Made by a program: the position numbers and the translations under genes. Of a stretch of 64,000 nt of DNA, positions 46,075 through 57,976 are shown in pieces. How positions within the stretch are numbered: position 1 is the stretch's first letter; each line of letters opens with the position of its first letter. Location: the NCBI GenBank assembly GCA_054600435.1, contig BAAIJX010000006.1, positions 248,001 through 312,000 on the forward strand, read 5' to 3'. This DNA comes from Neophaeotheca triangularis. Its lineage: Eukaryota. Below the pieces are notes generated by a model, which had not been told where the DNA came from, did no database searches, and saw only the letters and a program-made list of their open reading frames with translations.

Positions 46075-49000
46075 ATCGCCCAAAGTATTTGCAAGACTTG
46101 GCTTGCTGTGCTCGCTGAGAAGGGGAATTAGTCTCGCTGCCTTGTTGACTATCGAGGCACCGGAGGTGTCCTTGAAGTCAAGGTGGGGGCGGGGCTCTCC
46201 TTATATATCCCGCAGTCGCTTCCACCTGAGTACTTTGCAACCTTCAGGCTCACTCCAGACGATGAGCGTTCCACACAGTACATTCGTCTTCACTGCTACG
46301 ACGGTTCTCGCCGTCGGGATGAATGATTTGACCAATAAATATCGTGCAGGTGCAGCACCGGTTGAAGGAGCAAAAGGTGATGTACTGATATACGGATCGC
46401 CACCTCCTCGTCTACACAGATAGGAGACCGGTTGGTGGAAATACCGCCCATGGTCATCAAGATTTTGCAACGTTATATGTACCAGTTTGACCACGATCCA
46501 CCGCCTCCCTCAAGATACCAAGCGCAATTCGACGACTGTCGATTCCTACGTGACGTTAATCCCCTAGGCTTCTTCGACTTCTTCGGCTTGCTATCAAGCA
46601 CAGCACGGACATTATCCCCGTACAGCCCTTCGAAAGGATCCATTAAGCATGGCGGTATTTGGATCCTGCTCGTGGCCCCGCGATACAGTCGCTATACCTG
46701 GCTCAGTGCCTCTTTCGGTTGGCGTCGCCCGGTGTGACAATTCTCACTCGCTTCTTCTTCTTTTTCTTCTTCGACTTCTCAACCTCCGCATTCCCGCTTA
46801 GATGATTCTCTATCTTAGGCGTCGGTGTAGATCTGGACATAGCATTGGCGACATGTGCATTGTGAATTTTCAGCCGGGCTGAATTAACGAGAATGGTTAC
46901 GGTCAGGCGGTTCCAGACTGGCTTGAAGTTTTCAGAGTATAACGAATTGTTCGAGCATACGCATGGAGATGTTGGTCGTAGAACGCCAGCGAGGGCGATG
47001 GCACCTTCAGCTTAGTCCTTGATCACGAAGGACCCTCTTTACGAGCTATAGGATCTCTCTAGCTACTCTAAGAAGCCAAGTCCTGCCTCGTTGAATATGT
47101 CCAGGTATCTGCATCAGTCACCTACACTGCCAACTACACAACCCCCGCCACTGCCGATCAGGCGCGCACGTTCTCGGGCTTCAACTTCCAGCTCGCAAAG
47201 GACGTTTACAGCGCCGAGGATCCCGCGGCCTGTTAAAGAGATCAGTCATCTGCGTTTTTGACGGCGTGAGCGCCCTCTTCTGCAAAGATTCGGACTAATA
47301 TTTTTTTATTTTAAAAAATAGGTTGGGATACTGTAGTCTTTGGTGGCTTGGATTTACCATTCGGAGGCTTTTGAGCTCGGCTGGTCGTGGGTTTTCATCT
47401 GCCGGGTGCTGTGCCCGGACTTACCTAAGTATAGTACCGTGTGTGTTTTGGGGAGATGTGATGGGGATGCGCTGGGCTTTGTTTGGTGTTTAATGGGAAC
47501 TAGGGGCGTTAGGTAGAGTTGTGCGAGGAATTTAGGGTTCGGTTTGTAGTACTTGAGGACGTTTGTTGTCTTTGGTGCCTTTAAGTGCTAGTCTTTGAGG
47601 AGTGGTGGTTCGCGTGAGTGCTCGCTCGGTCGGATGGATGAGGTAGGCTAGACTTGTAGCCTTGTAGTAGTATACTACTAGTCAGGTACTAGGCGCTGGA
47701 GTAAAAGTGGGAATGATAATAATAATGTAGTAGATAGTGAGTGGGGCTGCTATGAGGCGCAGTGCCTGACGGTGGGTTCTTCCTGTGAGGCAAAAGGGAA
47801 TTGGCTTTTTGACTTTCACGTGCTTTGTGAGAACCGAGAGAGGAGTACTACCAGGAGGCAGAGCAGCTAGTCTCCCATCATCAACATATGAACATCCGGA
47901 CAAGATTACCTAGTATCGGGTAGTCTACGGTCACTGGCCCTAGGCACCCGTGGAACGAGATAATAAGCAGGTACTACTGTTGTATCACGGCGATAGAGTC
48001 CCGTACACTTGTCGCACGCCGCCAAAGTCCAGATCTCATCCCAGCTATGGGTTGGCTAGAAACGCAGGTACGGACTGGCTGTGTGCCTTTTGTGCAACCA
48101 CGTTGGGCAATGGGCAAGACTTTGATCGTAACAAGGCGTTTGGAAAGGTGACCTTCATTCTGTCTTGCAGTGACTTCGAACTCGAATCAGAAGAGACGTT
48201 ACCTTGGGGTACCTTACCTATGTTTCAGGTTGGTGACGCAATGATATTGCTACACTTCCAGTCAAAGTTAAGGATGTAGGAGGTGGTTGTGAGACTACAT
48301 CTGCAAGGCGAGGCAACTTGATCAAGTTTCGATAGAGCTGCAGGTGCTTGATCATGACAGTTTGTCGTAGACCGAGAAACCGACAGACATTCACGTCCGT
48401 GGCACTACTCTGCGACGCTAGTCTGATTTGCCGTTTGTACATTCAAGTTACAAGTCACCTTCTAAGGCTGTCGATCGGCACTGTGGATTTGACAATAATG
48501 CGTGCGTGGCCTTCTTGTTAACCACCCTCACCTTGAAGACGTGGACGGGGCACCTACCTAGTCCTAGCTTCGTGAAAGAAGATGGCGGCGTCAGCGCCGT
48601 TTGATCGGTACAAGGGTCAGGATGGTGAAAAACATCAACAATAATAATCACGGACGCTACCCCCAAGGTACCTACCGGTATTTGATGAGCCGTCGGACAT
48701 TGTTGGCTGTCCGACGATAACAATGCATGATAAACGACTGCCAAGTATATGCAAACCCATGCTCATTGCTGCCATGACAGCTAGAAAGAAACGGAAGGCG
48801 GTCATCGTGGAAAAGATTGGATGGAGCTCCGAGAGGTGATCCGGCAACGCCGTTGATAACAACAGACGAGCTTGTGCATACGCGAGAGAGAGTAGTGGCA
48901 GACATAACTTGGAGCCGCCAGCCTCTTTCAACCTAGACGAGCTCCGAGTACCTTGTGTAGGCAACTAATAGTAGTAACCTCGAAAAGCTGCCCAGGTGTC

Positions 49001-49689
49001 CGATTATTGTTGCTACAGACAACCGTGGAGCTTGACAAGGTCAGCCTTGCAGTAGTGGGCCGGGTAGCGAGTATCGAAACGTCAGCGAGGGCTGCCGGTT
49101 GCAGAGTGATCGTCTAGAGCTCCCCATGTCAACTTGTCAAGACAGTCAATACATGTCGTGGACGAGGCATCGATTGACGCTGATGCTCTACCGTGGCCAC
49201 GCAATCGCGCCGTTTGCCCTAGAGATGTTGCTGCAGATGTAAATACGAGACTGATAAAACACCAAGACCAGTCCGCCTTGTCTCTTGATTTACAGTAGAC
49301 CTTTGAACCCTCCCGATCTCCTTTCTTCTGTATACACACACACTCGCTTTTCATCCTCCCGCCAGAACTTGGACTGTTATACACCTGCAGGCGTGACGGT
49401 GCACAGTTGAAGCTAAGGTACATGACCTAGCTAGGAGGTAGCTATTTTAGCTAGAAAAGGTAAAGTTGGCTTTCGCAAAAACGCAAACCGTAGCAGCGGG
49501 CCGCGTCTCACAACTTTGGAATCCTGCTAGACCTCATCCGGCCGACTCAGCACTTGATTAAGTTGATTCATCCCAGTCACTGCTCTTCCAGACTGCTTAC
49601 GAGGTAAGTCTCCACTTCCCACCTCTAACTATCCCTCCCCAACCCATGGCAGCAATACCTAATAATTAGTGTACTTACTACCCACCGTC

Positions 49690-49728
49690 CCACCACCACC
49701 ACCACCACCACCACCACCATCACCATCA
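49690..49728. repeat. (CCA)n microsatellite in the OCH1 upstream region
   Basis: Read directly from the sequence. Confidence 0.9.
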
Positions 49729-50000
49729 CCCTCCTCCCACCTCCGCCTTCTCCAAATTACTGCCCTTCCCCCCCCTTTCCTGCCATGCTCCGGTCAACAA
49801 CCTCGACTCTCGCTCACAATCCCCCAACAGTCTCCGCGCCCAAAGGTGCTGCAAGCCGGTTTTGTTAGCCAATCGATCACCACTACATACCCATCATCAG
49901 GGCCGCAGGTTTCAACAACGACTTGCCCTTCCTCCAAAGCAAACCCACACTTCGCCCTCCAAGCGACAAATACTTGATTCAACGACGGCACTCGCACACC

Positions 50001-51246
50001 ATGCTCACCTTTAGGCGGGCCATCGTCGTAGCCTGCGTGCTGTTGGGCTTCCTTCTAATCTTACGGAGTACACATTCCTCGACACAATCACGAATACGAC
50101 TTTCCAACTCCCCTGGGCCTACTGGTAGCTATGCTAAGAACAAGGATATACAAAATAAACCCCCTCCTCAGGCCGCCAGCAGCGCTATAGCGGCTAGTAA
50201 ACCCCTCTCATCAGCATCAGCGGTATGGAATGGTGACAATGGTGGACGAGTAGCTCTGTACAAGAAACCAAACCCGCAGATTCCTATCGCGGACCTCAAA
50301 ACCCAACCGTTGCGCAAACAACTCGCTTACAACTTCCCCTATGATCCTGAAAGCAAGTTCCCTGCCTACGTCTGGCAAACCTGGAAATACGATCCTTCGT
50401 CTGGTAAATTCGGCGAAGAGTTCCGCCCAGCAGAAGCCTCCTGGACCGAACTCCACCCAAGTTTTGTCCACGAGGTCATCACCGACTCGGTCGCCGTACA
50501 CCTGATCCAGCACTTCTACGCCAGCGTGCCCGAAGTGCAAGAAGCTTACAACTCGCTCCCCGAACCCGTGCTCAAAGCCGACTTTTTCCGCTATCTTATC
50601 CTGCTCGCTCGAGGCGGCATCTACAGCGATATCGACACCACGGCTCTCAAGAGCGCCGTCGAATGGGTGCCAGCAGAAGTGCCGCGTAGTACCTACGGCC
50701 TGGTTGTGGGCATAGAAGCCGACCCTGATCGACCCGATTGGCACGAGTGGTACTCACGCCGTATTCAATTCTGTCAGTGGACTATCCAAGCGAAGCCCGG
50801 CCACCCGGTGCTCGTGGATATCGTGGCGGCTATTACGGAAGAGACGCTGCGCAGGAAGAAGGTTGGCGAGCTGGACAAGAAACATATGAAGAGCGTGGTG
50901 GAGTTCACTGGCCCGGCGATTTGGACCGACACCATCTTCCGCTTCTTCAACAATGAGGAGTACTTTGATATGAGCACGAGTACGGGCAACATTACTTGGA
51001 GGCAGTTCACGGGCATCACGCAGGCGAAGAAGGTTGGCGATGTCGTTGTCTTGCCCATCACCAGTTTCTCGCCAGGCGTGGGACAAATGGGCGCTGGAGA
51101 GGACGATGACCCGATGGCGTTTGTGAAGCACAAGTTTGAAGGTGAGTTTGGAAAACTTGTGGACGGACTGCGAGTTCTTACTGACAGCTCACGTAGGTAC
51201 TTGGAAGCCGGAGAAGGACCGCCATATTGGTGAGCAGAAGAACTGA
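50001..51246 (+). CDS. OCH1: Initiating alpha-1,6-mannosyltransferase (GT32; intron 51142-51196)
   Basis: N-terminal TM anchor, FPAYVWQTWK, KADFFRYL...GGIYSDIDT (DxD), RRIQFCQWT, FTGPAIWTD and spliced HKFEGTWK. Confidence 0.93.
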
Positions 51247-52199
51247 ACGGAACACTCTCGTCGACCGCTCTAAAGGGGGGAACACTATCCTCTCCGCGAG
51301 CACAATAGATGTGCGCACGATACACGTACAAAGACTTACGAGAGGCATGCCCCGAAGGCGCAACCATACCGAAATTCTTGCCGACGCCATTCAATTCGAA
51401 TAACGTCTAAAAGACAATGAGTTGGAAGAAGGAAGCTGAAGGCCTTCGTTCCAAGGCGGCCAACCGACCGGCACGCATCGAGCCGTTTCAAGTGCTGAAA
51501 GAGGTGGTGCTGCTGCTGTCGGCCGCCCTTTATCGCTGCTTATTTGCACGTTTCAAGTCGTGCGTTGAAGCTGGGAAAAGCATGGAGCTATGCGATAGAC
51601 TTTTGATTACCTTTCTGTACAATTGCTGACTAGCGAAGGAGTTGGAGGGGTTTTATTACCCGGTCACTGATGCGGGCGGGACTTTGGGAGTGGATAGATT
51701 TTATGTTGCGGTTTATGCTTACTTGCTGATAGATCAACTCCTTCTTCATATTTGGACTTGTCGTGAGTGTGCCTGTCGCTTTTTGTAGGTTGTACCTTTT
51801 AGTAGTCGTGAAGTATACTTGCCCTAGCCCCTAGGAAGTTGGCGTTAGAAGCATTTATCACTCCAGCTCCTTATCTCCCGCTGTCGGCAATCTCCCGCAA
51901 CTTGGTCCTTCAACGTCTTGGCTTGTGACAGACAGGCACGAGCTCACAAATGAAACATATGTCACCCTACAACACCTTTATCATTACCGACCTGATCGCA
52001 AGTGCGCAGCGTAGGCACACAAGCGAAATTTTTCTCTATACTCTCAGGATTCAATTCCTCGCCTTTCCGCCGGCGCAGTCAGTAACGACACCCCGAACCC
52101 TCTAATGACGCCGCGATAAACCAGGCACTGCTCGCAACCCATCCAACCCAACCGAACAACCATACCACCCACACCCACACCCACGCACGACCGCCCACC

Positions 52200-53929
52200 A
52201 TGGCCTCCTACGCAGCCATCCACACCACCCCGACCGAACACCCCTCGGCCCGGCCGCCCTCAACCCTCAGCCGCAGCAGCCGTGGCTCCGCGCAAAAAAC
52301 CTCCCCAACCGCGCCCACAGGCAGCGCCTCCTGGCTCTCCAGCGTCATCAACCTCGTCAACACCATCGTGGGCGCAGGCGTCCTCGCCATGCCCCACGCC
52401 CTCTCCAACACCGGCATCGCGCTCGGCGTCCTCATAATCCTCTGGAGCGGCCTGACGGCGGGTCTGGGCCTGTACTTGCAAACGCGATGCGCGCGGTACT
52501 TGGATCGCGGCGCGGCGAGCTTTTTCGCCCTGAGCCAGATTACTTATCCGAATGCTGCCGTGGTTTTTGATGGGGCTATCGCGGTCAAGTGTTTTGGGGT
52601 CGGGGTTAGTTATTTGATTATTATCGGGGATTTGATGCCGGGGGTTGTGAGGGGTTTGGCTGGCGGCGAGGGAGGAGAGGTGGTCGGTTGGGCGGTTGAT
52701 AGGCAGTTTTGGGTTACGGCTTTTATGTGAGTTGGATGCTTTCTTTGCTCGAGGGGGAGGGAGTGTGGAGGATTGATTGGGTGGGGAGATTGGGGGGAGA
52801 GAGGTTGGGTTTTTGGGGGTTCTTGGCTGACATTTTTGGATTTCAGGTTGATTGTGATACCCCTTTCGTTTTTGCGCCGGCTGGACAGTTTGAAGTATAC
52901 CTCTATCATCGCGCTGGTTTCGATTGGATACTTGATCGTTTTGGTCGTGTACCATTTCGCAAAGGGCGATACGATGGCTGAGAGAGGGGATGTTCACGTC
53001 ATTCAGTGGCAGGGTCTTGTTGCGACGCTGTCCAGCTTTCCTGTTATTGTCTTTGCATACACTTGTCATCAGAATGTGAGTAGAGGGAGCTCTGGCGCTA
53101 CTGGGGGTAATAGCTGACTGGGGTGCAGATGTTCTCAATCTTGAACGAAATCGGCGACAACCGCCCCGTGCGAACCACGGGTGTGGTGACTGCTTCCATT
53201 GGCACGGCAGCTAGCATCTACATCCTAGTCGCCATTACGGGCTACCTATCCTACGGCGACAACATCCTCGGAAACATTGTCGCGCAATACTCACCCACCA
53301 TTGCCAGCACCATCGGCAAAGCTGCTATAGTCGTCCTGGTAATGTTTTCCTACCCACTACAAGTCCACCCTTGCCGAGCAAGCGTCGACGCCGTCTCGAA
53401 ATGGCGACCAGCGGGCCGTAAGAACTCGGAAATGACACCTGCAGGAGGTAGCCCAACGCGGACGGGCCTACTATCCAACAAAATGCCCATGCGTCCCAAA
53501 CCAGAAGACATGAGCGATGTGCGCTTCGCCGTCATTACCACGGGCATCATCATCCTCTCCTACATTGTCGCCATGACGGTCAGCAGCCTCGACAGAGTCC
53601 TCGCCTACGTCGGCTCGACCGGAAGCACTTCCATCTCCTTCATCCTCCCAGGTCTCTTCTACTACAAAATCAGCAGCCCGGATTCGCCGCACCATCAAAA
53701 ACTCATGAAGGAGGACGACGACGAGGAATACGAGGGTTCTGGGTCTGAGGCGCCCGAATCGCCTACGGAGCGTGCTGTCAGCTGGCGTGATGCTTGGAAT
53801 TCCAAGACTAGGGGCCGGCAGTGGAGGCGCGAGGTTTTGAGGAAGTTGAGTTTAGCGCTTGCGTTTTATGGGTTCGTTGTCATGGTCGTTTGCTTGGTTA
53901 CAAACACCTTTTTTATCGTGGCGCATTAG
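52200..53929 (+). CDS. Vacuolar amino acid transporter, AVT5/6/7 (Aa_trans) family (introns 52727-52846, 53076-53128)
   Basis: INLVNTIVGAGVLAMP, KCFGVGVSYLIIIGDLMP, FAYTCHQNMF, SYPLQVHPCR and GSTSISFILPG. Confidence 0.9.
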
Positions 53930-54688
53930 TGCAGCGAGGGGCGGCTTTTGTATATAGCTTAGGGGCTTTTGGGCGGGTGTATAGCTGGATAGACATGGGA
54001 GTATCATCCTAGCATAAGGTACCGAACCTCACCTATCTGGCTGCATGTGACGATTCTCCATCCATGCCCAATGTCTGGCTGTCCTTCACTGTCCTGTCCA
54101 GAGTGTCCACCTCATGGCGCGGGTGGATGTGCGGCAGAGCGGGAGCGGGGTGCAGACGCGACGGAATGACGATCCCGTCTGCCATAAGGTACTAAGGTAT
54201 TACTAAGTAGGTAAAGTAGGTAGCCAACCGCACATGGCGTCGCCTCGACCGAGGCGAATTGAGTGAGAGACCGAGAGCTACCTAGGAAGTACCTCCAGCA
54301 ACAAGAGGCGTCTACAAGAGTAATTGAAGGCGTAGATACCTCTTCCAATTTTCGTATAATACTGCCATCAAGTATTCCAGCCATCTTCCATCATCAAAAG
54401 CCACCCGTTGCCTAGTTACAGTATCTCTCCCTTTGAAGCTCCAGCTTCGTATAGCTTCTCCTCTTTGTATGCACAACCCCTCGCCACCTCTCCCACTCAC
54501 CCGTCTCGTCTCGTGAGCCCCAAGGCAATGCTTGCGCAGGGCATATGAAAAGGTGAGCTGCCTGCAGAAAACCATCGACCCTATTTCCTGGACCTCGAGC
54601 TGACCGCGTTGCAAGGACGAAGCCATTGGTGATTGCGAGACTGTGATATCAACCACCGCTCGCCTTCCGACATCACACACCCGCCATC

Positions 54689-56209
54689 ATGGCTGACAGC
54701 AATGGCTACGTCTACAACAATCAGCTCGTAAGGTTTTTCTTTGCTCTCCATCAACTGCACAATGCTGAATACGGCCCCGAGGATGCTTTCGAGCTCTACC
54801 ACCAAGCGCAGGAACACCAGAGCGCCATCTCATCCCTTGCGGGCGGTCCAGCCCTGCCAGCATTGGGTCATGCACTAGCGGGCTCAGTGGCGACGGCAAC
54901 GAGCAAGCTCCTCACTTACCCACTCGACCTGGTCGTCACCCGTCTTCAAGTCCAACGACAACTCCGTGGACCCCGAGAAGCCGCCTCGGCCGCTCAAGAT
55001 GCAGACGCCGAGTACAACAACCTCGTCGATGCCGCGCAGAAGATCTTTCAAAACGAGGGCGGCTTTCGAGCCTTCTTCACGGGATGCTTGCCAGACGTCG
55101 GCAAATCCATTGCCGACTCCTTCCTCTTCTTCCTCGCCTACACTTTCATTCGACAATACGAACTCCGCAAGCGCGGCGCCAACGCCAAATCCCTCCCCGT
55201 CATTACAGAACTAGGCGTAGGCGTCGCAGCCGGCTCCTTTGCCAAACTCCTCACCACCCCAGCACAAAATATCATCGTACGCCAGCAAACCGCCGCCTTG
55301 GTCGCCGCCCGAGATCCAACCTCCACCCTCTCACCCGGCGAAAGCGACAAACAAAGCATCAAAGACATCGCGCTGCAAATCCATTCCGAGCGCGGCCTCC
55401 CGGGCTTCTGGGCCGGCTACAGCGCCAGCACGTTACTCACACTCAACCCAGCCATCACCTTCGCCGTCGACAACCTAATCCGCCGGCTCCTGCTCCCGCG
55501 CAGCCAGCGCGAAAACCCTTCCTCCCGCCTCACCTTCCTGATCGCCGCACTCTCCAAAACCATTGCCACCAGCCTCACCTACCCCATCAACCTAGCCAAA
55601 ACCCGCGCCCAAGTCTCCTCGACCGCAAACCCCTCAGCCAGCAGCCCCGACGAAAAACCCACCCAAGCACAAACCCCCCTCCTCCGCCGCCTCCTCACCC
55701 TCCTCTCCGCCCAAGCCGCCATCCTGCACTCCCTCCGCCGCATTCACGCCACCGAGGGCACGGCAGGCCTCTACTCTGGGCTCGAGGGCGAGGTTCTCAA
55801 GGGTTTCGTCAGCCATGGGCTCACCATGGTCATGAAGGAGCGCGTCCACGTCGGCGTCATTCGGGTTTATTACCTGTTATTGAAGCTGACGAGGCGCTGG
55901 CCGGAGGAGTTGAGGAAAGTGGAGGAGGGGGTTAGGGACGCCGCTGGAGAGGGGTGGGAGAGGGTTGGGGTTGCTGCTGAGGGGGCTAGGGGCAGGGTTG
56001 GGGTTGTTGCCGAGGGCGCTAGGGAGAGCTTTGGGGTTGCTGCTGAAGGGGCACGAGAGAAGGTCGGGGAGGTCGGGGAGAGGGCTGTCGAGGGCGGCAG
56101 GTCGGTGATGGTGAATGGGCGTATGGTTGTCGAGGAAGCTGGGGAGAGGTTCATGGAGGGAGGCAAGTCGGTTGTCGAAGAGGGCCGGAAGACTATTGGG
56201 GGTGAATGA
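54689..56209 (+). CDS. ANT1: Peroxisomal adenine nucleotide carrier (mitochondrial carrier family) with a repetitive C-tail
   Basis: LGHALAG, carrier signatures YPLDLVVTRLQ, TPAQNIIVRQQ and YPINLAKTRAQ, plus LTLNPAITF and GLYSGL.GEVLKG. Confidence 0.8.
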   Translation: MADSNGYVYNNQLVRFFFALHQLHNAEYGPEDAFELYHQAQEHQSAISSLAGGPALPALGHALAGSVATATSKLLTYPLDLVVTRLQVQRQLRGPREAASAAQDADAEYNNLVDAAQKIFQNEGGFRAFFTGCLPDVGKSIADSFLFFLAYTFIRQYELRKRGANAKSLPVITELGVGVAAGSFAKLLTTPAQNIIVRQQTAALVAARDPTSTLSPGESDKQSIKDIALQIHSERGLPGFWAGYSASTLLTLNPAITFAVDNLIRRLLLPRSQRENPSSRLTFLIAALSKTIATSLTYPINLAKTRAQVSSTANPSASSPDEKPTQAQTPLLRRLLTLLSAQAAILHSLRRIHATEGTAGLYSGLEGEVLKGFVSHGLTMVMKERVHVGVIRVYYLLLKLTRRWPEELRKVEEGVRDAAGEGWERVGVAAEGARGRVGVVAEGARESFGVAAEGAREKVGEVGERAVEGGRSVMVNGRMVVEEAGERFMEGGKSVVEEGRKTIGGE

Positions 56210-57093
56210 AGATTGTCGTGAACATGAACTTGATAGTTTACCGGTTCGATTCAATCGGGGTGGCAATATTTCCCTCTTCCTTGTCGTCGACCGCGAAGAT
56301 TCGGCAGGCGACCAAGTCCAAAGCCAGGTCCATATCGTTTTTGACTCTCTTGTAACAGCTACCGTACTCTACCACTTTCCTCCTCTCCAGTCGCAACTCC
56401 AACCATCCATCCAAGTCTTCCAACCCCCATTCCATCCACCGCCCCTCGCGATCCATGCACCTAGCAGACGGGCCCAACACCACTCATAACACGCCGCGTA
56501 AACCATTTACCACCTCACCAGATTGCAAGAGTCCCCACCCACAAGTGTAATCCACACATCTCTCATGACACAGCACGTCCCATCATGCACCCGGCGCTAC
56601 GGCTTTCAAGACGACGCGAGTCTCAAGCGTTTCCACTCCAGACTACGGTAAACACGACAAGCTCGGCCAACAGACGAAAAAAAAAAAAAAAAAAAAACAC
56701 TCGTCTCGGACTTCTCCCTCGTTTGCTCATCAGAAGCGCAGCTCACTGCCTATTCAGGCAGGTCCAGGCGGGTGGGTGTCCACCCAATAGCGTTCTTCCC
56801 ATTACTACTACCACCTACTGCTGTGCAAGTTAGCTACCTCCGTGGTACGGGGAATTTGTTTGTTTGGGAAACGGGGTGGGGGGCGAGTACAAGTAAAGGG
56901 CGTGTCCAGCCGCTGCATGCAGTACATGGGATGAGTCTTAAGCCTAGCACGTATATCCGGAGGAGGCGATTGTATAATAGACGCACAGACGAACGCGTTG
57001 CATCCCGTCTGGTCCTTCCTGCCTTTATTGTTCAGTTCAAACTACTCGTCTTTGCAAACGCTCTCAGCAGTCCGAGAGTCTTATACGTAGAAA

Positions 57094-57969
57094 ATGGCTT
57101 CGGGCACGGCGGACTACACTCCAGATGCGCGGAGCAAGGGAAACAGGTTCAGGCAACGTAGTATGTACGACTCCTTGAAACCTGTGCTGCAAGCCTAGAT
57201 AACCCAAGAAGGTAACCTCGTCAAAATAAAAAATCAACCTAACGCCATTGAAACTCCAGCAAAACACGAACGCAACCAGATAGACTCCATCATCAACGCC
57301 ACACCACTATTGCACGTAGCTTTCAACTCCCCCACATCCGATCCCTCGACCCCATCCTTCCCGACAATTCTCCCCATGCTCGGCGCCATAGCAAGCTACG
57401 AACCTAGCAACAGCGACCCGCACATTTACCTCCACGGCTCCTCGGCCGCGCGGCTCTTCCGCTTAACCCAGGATGGCCCTCTCCCCCTAACAGTGTCCGC
57501 GACGCTTCTAGACGGCTACGTGCTCGCTCTGAACCCCTTCCACAACAGCTGCAACTACCGTTCTGTCGTTGCTTTCGGGCACGCGGAGCTTGTCACGGAT
57601 CCCGAGGAGTTGTTGTTTGCGTTGAAACTGATCACCAACAATACTGTGCCCGACCGTTGGGAGAATGGTAAGCCGCCTCCGCCGAGTCCGGCCGAGTTGA
57701 AGGCGACGGGGGTTTTGAGGGTGAGGGTGGAGACTGCGAGTGTCAAGACGAGGGCTGGGGGGCCAGGGGATGACAGGGCGGATTTGGCGGATGAAAAGTT
57801 GGTGGAACGGGTTTGGACGGGGGTTGTGCCGCGGTATGATGTCCTTGGGAGCCCGGTTGCCGCGGAGAGTAATCGGGTGGAGAGAGTGCCGGAGTATTTG
57901 GCGGACTGGGTTGCGGATGCGAATGGCATGGCGGAGCAAAGGGCTGTGGATGCTGCTGTTGAGGGCTGA
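57094..57969 (+). CDS. Flavin-nucleotide-binding protein, pyridoxamine 5'-phosphate oxidase-like (intron 57161-57259)
   Basis: LHVAF, IYLHGS..ARL, DGYVLALNPFHNSCNYRSVVAFG, ASVKTRAGGP and WTGVVP. The first exon MASGTADY... splices in frame. Confidence 0.85.
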
Positions 57970-57976
57970 GAGGTGT

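Noticed and set aside
47532..47539. AACCCTAA (minus strand) as a telomerase RNA template in a long intergenic gap
   Set aside because: An 8-mer is expected by chance in G/T-skewed DNA. No pseudoknot or other conserved element was recognised, and a splice donor lies only ~100 nt downstream.
56243..56252. GGTTCGATTC, resembling a tRNA T-loop
   Set aside because: The flanks do not form a T-stem or cloverleaf.
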